A stretch of 64,000 bases of DNA, from positions 221,278,001-221,342,000 of the forward strand of contig OZ024740.1 in the NCBI GenBank assembly GCA_964016885.1. Direction: 5' to 3'. How positions within the stretch are numbered: position 1 is the stretch's first letter; every line of letters begins with the position of its first letter. Below are positions 1 through 12,450 of the stretch, in pieces. The translations under genes were made by a program, and so were the position numbers. Source of the DNA: Eledone cirrhosa (lineage: Eukaryota). The notes under the pieces are model-generated. The model did no database searches, was not told where the DNA came from, and saw nothing but the letters and a program-made list of their open reading frames with translations.

Positions 1-244
1 TATGTTTCCACAATGGATATAGTCTTAGTTTTTTTAAAATCTTCAGGTATTTGTGTACAGCTTTCAATGGCAACATCTAATTAGATTTACCTTTGTTTTT
101 CCTTTCTTTTTGTAACTCTTGAAAAATTGTGATTGCTTGAGGCCTGCAGTATTGCAAGTTACTTGTCACCTTGCTTGCAGTGGCTTTTAATACACACAAA
201 TATACATTCTATTATATGTATGTATATATATATATATATAATTC

Positions 245-308
245 ACACACGTACGCACACACACACACACACACACGCGCGCACACACACGCAGACACGC
301 ACACACAC

Positions 309-346
<38 letters not shown>

Positions 347-420
347 GCACACACACACACACACACACACGCACGCACGCACACACACACACACATACAC
401 ACGCACGCACACACGCACGC

Positions 421-505
<85 letters not shown>

Positions 506-510
506 CACAT
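245..510. repeat. (CA)n/(CACG) microsatellite
   Basis: Direct dinucleotide run; explains the THTH/VCVC ORFs. Confidence 0.98.
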
Positions 511-526
511 GTATGTATGTATGTGT

Positions 527-1401
527 TCTGTTTGCTCTTTTATACTCCACCGAAACCTGGACGCTATTCCGCAAACACACCAAATTGCTTGAGCGTTTTT
601 AGCAGAAATGTCTAAGGCGCATATTCAACATCAAGTGGCAAGACAGAACTCCTGACATCCATGTTCTTATCAAAGCAGAATGTCCAAGCATTTAGTCGCA
701 AGTAACATCTCAAATTCGCTTGACAGGACATATCGTCCGCATAAAAGAAAGCAGGATCCCGAAGCAATTTATTTACGGTGAGCTCCATCTTTGAAAAAGA
801 CCTCAACACAAACCGAAAATGAGGTTCAGGGACAGCATCAAGAACAATCTCAAAGAGCTGCCATTTGATATAGACAACTGGGAGGAGATAGCTTTAAATA
901 GGGCTGAGTGGAGAAAGTGTATAAAGGGCAGTTTCAAAACGTTTGAGAAATATCGTCTAGAACATAAACAACTGGAACGTTAGCTCCGGAAGGGCTGTGC
1001 TCACAGTTTTGATGAAGTGATCAGTAGTTGGACATGCAATTTCTGTCAGCATGTAGTCCCCTCAAAGTCTGGTTATGTTAATTATCTGAAGTCATATGAA
1101 AGCATAACCACCTGCAACACCACTCAACAAAGACCTGGTGAAACAAGGTGCGTGCTATACAACAAAGGGTATAGACCTAGTTCCGGACTAAAAGGACATA
1201 TGGTGGTACATAAATATTGTGTCATACAGGGTGACGCCACCGGTCCCGTGGAAAGCACAACTTCCTTCTGTCACCTGTATCCTAATCTATGCAGATCTAC
1301 AGCTGCCCTACAAAGTCATCTACGAAGTCATGGAAGTAGATAGGATGATAACGAAGAATCAATATGAGACGGCAATCGTCTGGGAAGACACTGCAATCCT
1401 C
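527..1401 (+). mobile_element. RTE-clade LINE, 5'-truncated decayed 3' fragment with C-terminal C2H2-like zinc fingers and (TATG)n tail
   Basis: Translation [36 protein letters not shown]...GHIVRIKESRIPKQFIYGEL...RPQHKPKMRFRDSIK...WEEIALNRAEWRK matches the RTE post-RT region; in-frame stops; three degenerate CxxC..H motifs at ~1030-1330; short 3' UTR runs into (TATG)n. Confidence 0.85.
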
Positions 1402-1616
1402 ATGTATGTATGTATGTATGTATGTATGTATGTATGTATGTATGTATGTATGTATGTATGTATGTATGTATGTATGTACGTATGTATGTATCTGTGTGTG
1501 TGTATGTATGTATGTATGTATGTATGTATGTATGTATGTATGTACGTACGTATGTATGTGTGTGCATGTATGTATGTATGTATGTATGTATGTATGTATG
1601 TATGTATGTATGTATG
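1402..1616. repeat. (TATG)n microsatellite
   Basis: Direct tetranucleotide run shared tail-to-tail by the RTE (+) and the R4-associated sequence (-). Confidence 0.97.
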
Positions 1617-1969
1617 TCAACGGCTATCCAAATAGTACTTTTTTTTCACCTGGGAGTGAAAGGCCTCCAATTGTTATCACAACACCTTTCTAGGAGAGGG
1701 GAAACTCTGAAAGAAAAAAACCCTGCGGCTTCCAAAACATCCGATGATGTTGACCGGTTCTCCTTTTTGGGTAGTGTTTTCGATGCTCAGAGAGGGGGAT
1801 TGGTCGAGTGCAAGGCCTTTACCCACTTAAAAAATCTTCAAAGCACTGGCATTGCTTGTTCAGGATATGTTATAGGTTCGTGTGGCCGGCCGTAGCCTAA
1901 AAGTGCACCAAACTCTATAATCTGACAAGCGATTGCAATACTCTTAGCAGAGTTTGTAGCCATCTTATA
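1617..1969 (-). repeat. ~350-bp module accompanying the R4/Dong family A 3' end (second copy at 6198-6540)
   Basis: Near-identical sequence starting TCAACGGCTATCCAAATAGTAC at 1617 and 6198, each abutting (TATG)n. Confidence 0.85.
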
Positions 1970-4900
1970 TCTTCTGGTTTTATAATTCCACAAAGTTTTA
2001 CCAATAGAGAGAGAGTCGGTTTCTAACATAGACACACGACTCTCTCATTGGAATTTACACAACATCAACTAGGTAGATATGTATGCATGCATGTGTAGAT
2101 ATGGATGTTATTGTATGGGTGGATGTGTATGTTTTGAGTTGTATGTGTGCATGTGTATATGCTTTGTATCTGTACATGTGTATATGCAGTTATTAGATGC
2201 AACATTTTTGGAATGTTTTACATATTTTTACTGTTCCATTAATAGATTGTATTTGTAGTTTCCTGACTAGTTGTGTTCTTTCTGTTCCTGTGAAGCCTAG
2301 CTTCTCAAGATTTGTATTGAGGCTGTTACTAACATATCCCAGTGCCCCAATAATCACAGGCATAAATCTGAAGGTGTAATCAGGGTGGTGTATCTGCAGA
2401 TTTCTCATCAGTTCTGCATAAATATTCTCCTTTTCACTAATCTTTGATATTATATTGGCATCTGCTGGGCAGCTAACTTCCACTACTGTGCATGTTTTCT
2501 TCTCCCTGTCCCATATCATAATATCTGGTCTGTTATGCCTGCATTTTATTGGGGTTTTTACTGGAACATTCCACCAGTACTCTTTCATATTATGTACATG
2601 GATCTCTTCCACAATGCTGTAGCTTTTAATGTGTTTATTATCGGGGTTATCTTTTCTAGGGATTGCATTGTACAGTGTTTTGGCCACTACATCATGTCTC
2701 ATAGGTAGATATTACACATGGGTGATATCTTCGATGTCACTTGTTATCACATCTAGGTGTTTTGCCTGCATCCCTATCTCTTTTGTGAATCAGGTATTTC
2801 GTGTTAATTTCCTGATCTTGGATTGCAAAAGCGGGAGCCAATATAGCGGTTGTTGGTCCAAGATAGACTACTTTCCTGAGTTATATTACTCTTACTGTGG
2901 AGCTTCCTGGCAACATATCCATGCATGACTTTTTGCTGATAAGCATGCAGTTTTTCATCCATGGATTCACTGCGAAACTGCTGAGCGACTTCCCTGGGTG
3001 TGAGTTTTTGATTATCACACAGGGAATATCTCTCGAGGAGTTCCTTCCCAACTCTCATGATCTTATCTGTTTCATGCAGATATACTTGCTCAAGAGACAG
3101 GCTCTTACGCTTCGAGGTTCGTAAGTGTTGTCGGAGGGATATGATTCGACACTCAAATGCTGTCTGGACTGATATTAGGCCTCTGCCTCCCCGCTTTCGT
3201 TTCAAGTAAAGGCGGTCTATGTCACTGTTGATGTGGAAGTTCCCGGTGTTGTTTAGTATTTTTCGAGTTCCAGCATCAACTGCTCGGATTTCGTCTATCG
3301 TCCAATTGAGTATTCCAAACGTTGGTGTTAGGACAGGCACAGCAAACATTTAGAGCCACTGTTTTTTTTTGCGCAGAGAGTTCCGATGACCAATCTTACT
3401 TGATCGGTTGTAGTATTCCCTGGTTACGCGTTCCTTATTAAAGATACCATTAAAACATATGTTCTCCTCTATCCCCAGGTATCTGTAGCAGCCCTCATCA
3501 GATATTGGTGAACAGTTAGGCCATTGATGACAATGTTTCTAGATTGGGTTGTTGTTTTTCCCCGCTTTACAGTCACATATGAGCATTTATCCTGGCCAAA
3601 CTCCATTCCTATATCCTTTGAGAACGTTGTAACCAGGTAAAAATTTTTCTCTCCTCCTATGAGCCAATGATGTATCCTTCACATTTCTTGAGCAGAAAGG
3701 ACAAGGGGTTTAATGACAAGATGAGAGACTGTCCCCCTGAAATATACCCCTGCAATATTTTATTTTATCAGTGAAAATAGAGTCCTCCCTCTCTGTCTTT
3801 AACCTTAGGATAGTAGCCCAAGAAGCAGACAGCTTTTCTATGGCTCTGATAATAATGTCTGGGACTTTAGCAAGTTGGAGGGCCTCTATCATCCAAGAGT
3901 GGGGAACAGAATCGAAAGCTTTCCTGTAGTCCAGCAAGACTGTAGCCATATTCCTCCTAAGTTGTCGCATCTCTGACATCGCAGTTTTGTTGATTAGGAG
4001 TTGTTCAGTACATCCCGAAACCCCTTTCTTTCCAGCTGCTTGTTCATCTGTGATGATGTTAGGGTCGGACACCATGCTTTGACGCATAGAGTTACGTCCC
4101 TTTATGATCTGAGTTCAAATCCTGCCGAGGTTAACTTTGCCTTTTATCCTTACGGGGTCGATAAAATAAAGTACCAGTAACACACTGGGTAATTGCTGGC
4201 CTTGTGCCAAAAGTAGAAACAATTATTTTCACAGTGATCTTGGAGGAATAGGTTCAGACAGGCTGTATACATCTTATACATCAGGTTCTGGCATGCAATG
4301 GGGCGGCAGTTGTTTGCCAAGTGGATGTCTTTGTTCTTGGGGACCAGTAATGTTTATGCTAATGTCAACCATTCTGGTATAAGTGTATCTCCCTTAAGAA
4401 CTTGTTGGTAGAGGTCAATAAGATACCTCCGATAAAACATCAGTTTCTTGTACCAGTAGCCGACAATCATGTCTCTTCCTGGTGTTTTCTTATCTTGGAG
4501 CTTTCCTATCACAGTCTCAAGGGTACCCTCACTTATTTCGTATGTTTTTGTTGTAGTGTAGGAGCAATAGCTCTGTCGGATTTCTTTTAGCCACACTGCA
4601 TCTTGGTTGAAATTCTTCTTTTCACTTCATATTTTTCTCCAAAAGGAATCTATGTTTTTCTGGGATGGGGCCTCAGTGACACTTATTATTTTGTTCTTCA
4701 TATCTCTATAGACTGATGTTTGGTTTCGTCTGAATCTTTTATTAAGCACTTTTCTCTCATCTACCTTCTTCAGGTATCGGCGCTTTTCGCTAACAGCTCT
4801 CAATTCTTGTTTGGGGGTGATCAGCTTATATTGAAGAGTTCTGGTTCTACTGTTACCAAACATCGTCTCTATTTTATTTTTCACTCTTTGTTGGTGAGGA

Positions 4901-6067
4901 GTGAGGTTTTTTGTGTGTTTGTTTTCATGTAAGGAGCATTGTCACATATCCTATAGTTTTTCGTAGGTCAGCAATCTTTTTTTCTATTTTAGTTATTATA
5001 ATGGCAATTTTGGTGATGTTTTGTTCTTGTTAATATCTCTGCTATCACCAAGATAATGCTTCACTGTCGTTGCTAAGGGATATAAACAGGCGTTGATTTG
5101 CCAAAATATTGGGGTTTTTATCCGTCGTAAATATTCATCCCCTATTTCATTATTTGGTTTTTTATTAAATATTGTCGTTTTAATACGTTCAGCAAGAGAG
5201 ATATTTATACATGAGTTAATTTCTCTCTGGAAGATTTCGTTGAGGGAAATTTTCAATTGTTTATACTTTTGATTATTATCATTATCGATAGTATTTTCCA
5301 CAACTGTCGAGGTAGATTCGAATGGTACACGTGGTGTCAAATTTCTTCGATTATTATTATTATCGATAGTGTTTTCCCCAGCATTCGAGGTAGACTTAGA
5401 TATTACACGTGGTGTCAAATTTCTTACAGGCATAGTTGTTTCAAGGCACTGTTCGACCTGGCTGCTAGAAAGTCTAGTAGCATGGCGATCTGTAACACGT
5501 GTTGTTGATCCCATGTTTGTTGTGGGGGACTTACAATTAATAATATTTATCTTATTTTTATGTTCAACAAACGTCGCTTGTTGGCGTAATTGTTTCGCTG
5601 TGAAATAATTTAGCTCTGGGTGCATTTCGTCCCAGTGTAGCTTCATTCTGTTCATATAGCCAATGGAGGGATTGTTTTTTTTTGCCATTTTATAACAATT
5701 AAATAAATCATCATTAAGTTCGCAGCTCCAAGATAAATGCGATTTATAATTTCGGTTTCTTCTGTAGCTACAACTGAATAAATTTTGTTTACCGTTCTCG
5801 TTGTTTGTCTTCTATACTTCCTTAATTTTGTTGTTGATGTTGTGTTCAGCAATGCTGTTTGTAGCAAATCCTTGTAAAATAAATTATGTATTTAGTCGCA
5901 TATCTCTACGAATTCGAATAAAAGGTGTCTTAAGAAGATATAGTTAGAAGAATAACCAGTTATTCAACATGACTGGTAGTTGTGGCATTACTGTCGGAGA
6001 TAGTATTCATCTTGAATTTAATAAATAGTCTCCCACGCCAAAATATGCGACTGATCGCGTTGACTGT
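1970..6067 (-). mobile_element. R4/Dong-clade non-LTR retrotransposon, family A, near full-length but inactivated; embedded in (CATA)n
   Basis: Fragmented ORF: N-terminal GYMNRMKLHWDEMHP, RT motifs TPGRD, DYRKAFDSVPH, GIFQGDSLS; RHD and RPD..(E)VSCP..EK restriction-like endonuclease at 2193-2702; many frameshifts, the YMDD/FMDD segment is deleted near 3650, SINE insertion at 4061. Confidence 0.92.
4061..4227 (+). mobile_element. tRNA-derived SINE inserted in the family A RT region
   Basis: B-box GAGTTCAAATCC, core TTGCCTTT(T)ATCCTTACGGGGTCGATAAAATAAAGTACCAG, 3' end GGCCTTGTGCCAAAAGTAGAAACAATTATT. Confidence 0.9.
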
Positions 6068-6197
6068 GTTATGTTATGTATGTATGTATGTATGTATGTA
6101 TGTATGTATGTATGTATGTATGTATGTATGTATGTATGTATGTATGTATGTATGTATGTATGCATGTATGTATGTATGTATGTATTATGTATGTATG

Positions 6198-6535
6198 TCA
6201 ACGGCTATCCAAATAGTACTTTTTTTTTCACCTGAGAGTCAAAGGGCTCTAGTTGTTGTCACAACACCTTTCTAGGAGAGGGAAACTCTGAAAAAAAAAA
6301 AACCCTGCGGCTTCCGAAGCATCCGATGATGTTGACCGGTTCTCCTTTTCGGGTAGTGTTTTTGATACTCAAAGAGGGGGATTGGTCGAGTGCAAGGCAT
6401 TTACCCACTTAAAAAATCTTCAAAGCACCGGCATTGCTTGTTGTAGGTTCGTGTGGCTGGCCGTAGCCTAAAAGTGTACCAAACTCTATAATCTGACAAG
6501 CGATTGCAGTACTCTTAGCAGAGTTTGTAGTCATC

Positions 6536-6568
<33 letters not shown>

Positions 6569-6910
6569 TGTATGTATGTATGTATGTATGTATGTATGTA
6601 TGTATGTATGTTCTTCTGGTTTTATAATTTCACAAATTTTTACCAATAGAGAGAGTCGGTTTCTAACATAGACAGAAAACTCTCTCATTGGAATTTACAC
6701 AACATCAACTAGGTAGATATGTCTGCATGTCTGCATGCATGCATGTGTAGATATGGATGTTATTGTATGTGTGGATGTGTATGTTTTGAGTTGTATGTGT
6801 GCATGTGTATACGCTTTGTATCTGTACATGTGTATATGCAGTTATTAGATTCAGAATTTTTGGTATGTTTTACATATTTTTACTGTTCCATTAATGGATT
6901 GTACTTGTAA
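6198..6910 (-). mobile_element. 5'-truncated family A 3' end (6611-6910) plus 350-bp module (6198-6540), separated and flanked by (TATG)n
   Basis: Aligns by eye to 1617-2260, including the last codons of the ORF (QSINGTVKICKT). Confidence 0.9.
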
Positions 6911-7606
6911 TGTATGCATGTATGTATGTATGTGTATACGTATATATTTGGATACTGCTCTCCTACGGTAATACCGAAATGGCTGTGAAATGATCACTGC
7001 TCCAAATACTCACAGTGAGTTTAAGAGTATGTTTATTTTGCTTAAGGATATAGTACAAGGGTTCTTATACATCTTTCTTCTCCAATAAGTTCAGACATTT
7101 TCCTGACGATAGGGTTTGGTTTGATGGTCATCCCGCTGCTATGTCTAGCAGGTTGAACGAACGTATAAAGGTTTCTTCATTAGCTCGGGGCTATAGATTT
7201 AGAGGAATTGAGAACAGTCTATAAAAATGACACACGTGTATATACCTGGTTATTTATTTTAACAATCCTATGCTAGCGAAGTTTGTACCCAGAGCACACA
7301 GGAGGAAAACACTAAACAACATACGCTTGTAATCCGATATGTTGTAATTAAAAACATTACATAACAGCTCCCCCAATTACAATAATAAATAATGCATTGC
7401 TTATGCACTGAGAAAAATAAGATGAATACGATCACTAGAACTATATCAGGGCGCACTCTATACACTACACATTACATGCACACAGCAACTGCTAAAAACA
7501 TCTTAGTTCTCACATTTTCTAAACACAGGATACTAGAATGAAATATCAACTTACATAACAACAATGAAATTAATTCCACCAGTAATCACTTATAATAATA
7601 ATAATA

Positions 7607-7709
7607 ATTGTTTCTACTTTTGGCATAAGGCCAGCAATTACCCAGTGCATTACTGGTACTTTATTTCATCGACTCCGTAAGGATGAAAGGCAAAGTTAAC
7701 CTCGGCAGG

Positions 7710-7711
<2 letters not shown>
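7607..7711 (-). mobile_element. SINE 3' fragment inside (TAA)n
   Basis: Reverse complement of the SINE core and 3' end. Confidence 0.85.
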
Positions 7712-7755
<44 letters not shown>

Positions 7756-7996
7756 TTTTCTTTATTAACCACAAGGGTTTACATAAAGTAGATATTAAGG
7801 ACAGTACAGGACAATACAGGACGGTACAAATGGGCATTTCTTCGTGTAAAAAAACAGAGGATGAAATAAAATAACAAATAAAAATTCCCCAATAGGGGGA
7901 GACTTCCGAGGGACATTTGTGGAGAAAGCCCATTAAAAGACCACAGTGGCCCTGACCACCAGGGCAAGTGCCCTCTCCCAGTTTTCCACCTTTAAT

Positions 7997-10253
7997 TTAC
8001 AGACACATACTCAGAGAAGGCCCATTCATTCGGGCCATACTTGCTTCTCTCACCCATCTTTCAAGAAAATGCTGGGAAGAGAGCACTTCCCTCTCTACCC
8101 TGATTTTCCTTTTCAGATGAAATCTGAAAAAGTTAATCAGGGCATCACCGAAGAGGTAAGTGCTCGTCTTCAGCCCTTTCAAACGTGTCCACCATACTAT
8201 CTCTTTCGCCATGGCCACCAGACAGATAAAAACTGCCTGCCCTTCCCGGCTAAAGGAAGAGGGCGGCGCAATCCTCACGATGGACTCAGCTGATAGCTGG
8301 ATCCGTCCTACACGTGACAGCAGGTATTCGACATAAACCCACAAGTCAGCAATGCTCAGACACTGGACGAGTGCGTGCAGGACGGTTTCGTCGCCCTGTG
8401 CGCATCTCGGACATGCCCGGCTGACGGCACCTCCATGCCTGTAGAGTTTATCCCGAACTGGCAAAGCTCCCCGGTAGCACTTCCAGGCCAGGGATTTCTG
8501 GAAGTTGTCCATAGGCCCCGGCCCGAAAGTCCTTCCGAAGAGATTGGCTAGTTGATTTTCGTCGATGCCTAGAGTTTCTCCAAGTACGTCGCCGCTCTTC
8601 CCCTCCACTAATCCCATATAGAACGCCAAGGTGGAGTTTCCACCGATCACATTGCCCGATTGGTCGAGGGCTGTGAGCGCCTGAAGACATTCCAGTCTCC
8701 AAGCGCTCCCTCTCGGTCTTCGCTTGACCCAGGACTGCAGCTCCGTCAAGGAGACGAGCTGGGGAAAACGTGTCTAGCAAACGGCGACCACACCTGATCA
8801 CCGTCGAGGAAGAGGTGGAGATGTCGTAGCCTGAGCGCGTGTCTGCGCATCATCAACCACGGCATGCCCAGCCCTCCACGTAGCGGGTGTTGACAGCAGA
8901 TGGACCGCCTGACCATCGGAGCGCGTCCCTTCCACAAGAAGCGAAAGAGCAAACGCTCCAGCGCAGTCAGGCGGGGCTTAGGACAAGGTACGATGGTCAG
9001 GTGGTAGTAGATGCACCTTGGCCAAAATCTTGAACTCTGTGTTTAGCAGAGTTATGGGCCTGAAATTATCTGTTATCCCCCTTGTTCGGATCCTTTCTCA
9101 GCAGCGCCACAGCTCCTCGGCTCACAGAGCTGGAAATTCTCCCGTTCTGTTGTCAGTTGCAGTAGACGTCCGCCAAGAGGCCTTCAAAAAAGTCTGGCAT
9201 CTGTACGTAAAGTTCTGACAACGCAGCCTTCGCGCTTTGCATTGAAGAATTGGTCAAGGGCCAATTTCGCTGCAAGTACGTCGGTCGCGATGCCTTTGCT
9301 AAGCGCCTCGTCTAATTTTCTAACTAATTCCCCCGCTGCTCTATTTTTCTCTATTGCTAAAGCCTTACTAAACCTAATGGACTCTATTCTAATTGCTCTT
9401 TTCAGAGCAAACCACCACTTGTTGCTGACGATTGCCCCTGTCAACGCTCGCTTAACTAGTTAGCTAATTCGGTCTCTGTAGGCTTTGCGCGCTGGTAAGG
9501 ACGCGTTTAGCTTCCAGTAGCCGGGTCCTCGTCTATGAAGCCTATCTAAGTGAAGCACACAGATCACGAATTTGTGGTCCGTGTAGTTGACTATCTTGAA
9601 TTGTGGACAGCCTATGCTAGACCTATCTATTTCCCTACAAAATACTCTATCTAGATATGATCTGGATGACCCTATGCGATTTGTCCAAGTCCACATTGGC
9701 ACATTCGAGAAATCCAATCGGTACCTGTCAGACAGTTCAAAACGCCTGAGCAGGTTGGTGAGACTCTTGCACCCTCCTCCCCTATCCACATATCCACACA
9801 GTCCCATCGTGCATCTAAGATCCCGTTCCAGTCGCCCACTAACACTAAAGAGCAGGACGTTCCAAGAAAGGTCTCCAGACGCCGGAAGAAATCAGGCCGC
9901 CCTGCTCCTGTCGGGGCATAGACGGCCACTAACCTGAAAGCTTGCTCGTCTCCGCTGGTCACGTCCAGCACCACCAACTTACCTTCTGGGTCCAGGAAGA
10001 TGGCCCGTATGGCAAGATCCAAAAATCTCCGAAAAAGCACAGCAACTCCTCCCCCCGATCCCGGACGGCTGGGAGATGCGTACACATCGTAGCCGCCGAA
10101 GATCGGTGCTAAGGCCCGTGCTTCGGAGATTCTGGTCTCGCTGATGGCCACTACATCTATGTTTAGTGACCTGAGGTCGTTGAGCAGGTGGCCCTGCTTC
10201 CATGACGACCCCAAGCCACGCGCATTTATGCTGCCTATTCTGAGTGAGGTCAT
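7997..10253 (-). pseudogene. L1/Tx1 ORF2 (APE endonuclease, deleted RT, C-terminal zinc knuckle)
   Basis: APE motifs SINARGL, AISET, VYAP, GDWN, YLDRVF, TDHK, GPGYWKLN; frameshifts; no YADD motif retained. Confidence 0.9.
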
Positions 10254-10287
10254 GTTGAAATGGAGTGGAAAAGATGGGAAAGACCAC

Positions 10288-12214
10288 TTACCTTACTTCT
10301 CGTAGAGGAAGGACGGTTTCTCCATCCTTTTCACTGCTTGTGGCCTCCTCAGGAAGGATGTCCTTATAAATCCTCCTGGAGAGTGCTTGTCGGAAGTCTC
10401 CGATGAATTTGTGGAATTTTTGTTTTAGTGTCATGTACATTTTCTGTGTGATGCGAGTGATTTGTATGTGTGGAGGTGGTGTGAACTTTTGGGTTGTTGT
10501 GTAGTCTTTTTCTGTGATGCTGGTGTTGTGTTGGATGTAGTGTAATAATTGGCTGTTCAAATTTAATGCTGTGTAGTGTGCATCGTTTTGGTTGTTTTGT
10601 TTTGTTTGCGTTTGTTGTGGGTTTGTTTCTGTTTCGCATTTTGGTGACTTTTGTGGTGTAGGTGATGGTGGTGTTGGGGTTAATGATGGTGATGGTGTTG
10701 GTGTTTGGGTGATGGGGTTGGTGATGCTGGTGTGGATGGTGGCATGTCTGTCCTAACTTTTTTGTTTGATAGTTTATTTGTTTCCCTCTGTATTTTGTTT
10801 TTGGAGGGGGAAGGAAGAGAATTTTTTCTTTTTTGGTTTCTTTTCTTCTTTTTTCCTGATACCGTTTCCCACTCCTCGTCGTCACAATCTGTCTCCAGTT
10901 GTGATAGGCCGGGGAGTGGAAAATCCTCCACAGGCGTTGGTTTTGGTTGTGGCGTGGTGGATGGTGTAGGCGCTGGTGCTAGTTCTGGCGCGTTGGGTGG
11001 TGGTGGTGTTGGTTTTGCTACTGTTGCTGGGGTTGTTGCTGTTACAGTTGCTTCTGTTGTTGCTGCTACAGTTGTTCCTGTCATCTCTGCTGCTGGTGGT
11101 ATTGATGGTTGAGTCACTGGGGTGGGTAGGAGAGGTGGCCTCATCCTTTTAGCCTGAGGGCAGAAAGCCCTTAGGAGGGTTCCTTCACCACAAACGACAC
11201 ACCTAGGCCTTCTGCCCTCGACAATTACGGTGAGGTGGCTGCCGTCAGTGAGGTCTATTACCTCTGGGATCTCCTCAATGCTTTTTTGGTCCGCTTGGAT
11301 CAGGAGCTCCATCCCAGATCCGGACCAGTTCTCCTGTTTTTCTTTCGCTATTTCTATTATCTTGGTGTTGGCTTCGATGCCGGCGAGGACGGCAGCTATT
11401 AGCCAGGGAATTTCGATAGCCGGTGGAACGTGGGTCACCCTGATCTTTACGAGTCTCTGGCCACAATAGCTTGGGATGAGTGTGAAGTCGTCACTTTTTA
11501 ATGGGGCCATGGAGTGTTCTCTAGCCTCCTGTGGTGTTTCAAAGAACACGTCCACGGTTCCATACTTCTGCCCACGTCTGATGTGGGTTTTTTTTGCCCA
11601 CACATGTCCCAAAGCTTTTTGGATTTGGGACTCGGATGCCCGTTCCACTCGGTCGATAAGACACGGTGCATAGGCGCCGATGCTCCATTTTATTAGGTTG
11701 GGAGGGGGGAGGGGAGGGGGGAGGGAGGCTGACCCTGTACCCATCTTTCTTTACCATTTTTTTGGCTTCTAATTCCTCCTGAGTTACCTGGAATGCTTCG
11801 CACTGTTTTGCTACTCTGTCAAAACTCAGGGTGGTTTTCTTAATGTCATTGTTGTTGTTGTTGTTATCGTTATTTTTGTTATTATTAATTTTAGTTTCAG
11901 TTGTGGTGGTGGTGGTGGCGTCAGTGGTGTTCGGTGTGGAAGAGTTCATTTTGGTTGAATTCATTTCTATATCACGAGTTAATTTATTTTTTTCTTTTGT
12001 TTCTGTTGTCGCGGTGGTGGTGGTGGTCTCGGCTTTAACACCTGCAGTCTGCAGTCATTGGTAATGGCGGGAAATGAATGTCTGCCTGAGATAAATTTAA
12101 AATATTGCTACTGCTTATATTTTTTTTTGTGTTGGCAAACGTAGTAATATTTACAATGGTGGTGTCGGTGTGAGGTGTTAGTTTGTGAGAAAGGAGTAAC
12201 TCTGAGTCAGCCAT
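10288..12214 (-). pseudogene. L1/Tx1 ORF1 (RRM-like region, degenerate CCHC knuckle, Pro/Thr-rich linkers), frameshifted
   Basis: Overlapping ORFs 11539-11964, 10680-11744 and 10288-10560; VEGRRPRCVVCGEGTLLRAFCP resembles CX2CX4HX4C with H>L; lies immediately upstream of the APE ORF. Confidence 0.8.
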
Positions 12215-12450
12215 GATGTTTCAAAAAAAATTTTTGTTTGATAATTATAAAAGTTTAAATTTGGGGCTCAAGGCCCCAATCTTTTTGGGTGTCCTTTTCA
12301 GATAACAATGTATGTGCACTTATATACAATTAACAATAACATTTTCCATGAATGGCAATTTTGAACAAATGAAAATAGCAAACCTTTGCGGAGATCACGA
12401 TGATACGATTTACTACGTAGGTCGCCAATAATAATAATAATAATAATAAT

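Larger units (their letters stand above)
7755..12427 (-). mobile_element. L1/Tx1-clade LINE with both termini but internally deleted RT; flanked by (TAA)n on both sides
   Basis: 5' UTR, frameshifted ORF1 (start ~12214), APE domain, RT remnant NFRPITLLNTEFKILAKV fused directly to IYYHLTIVPCP, C-terminal CPRC..ETVLHALVQC zinc knuckle, AATAAA at ~7760 followed by (TTA)n. Confidence 0.92.

Noticed and set aside
133-1895. ORFs of THTH, VCVC and MYVC type, and similar YIYI, poly-V, poly-L and poly-S ORFs elsewhere
   Set aside because: Stop-free translations of microsatellites
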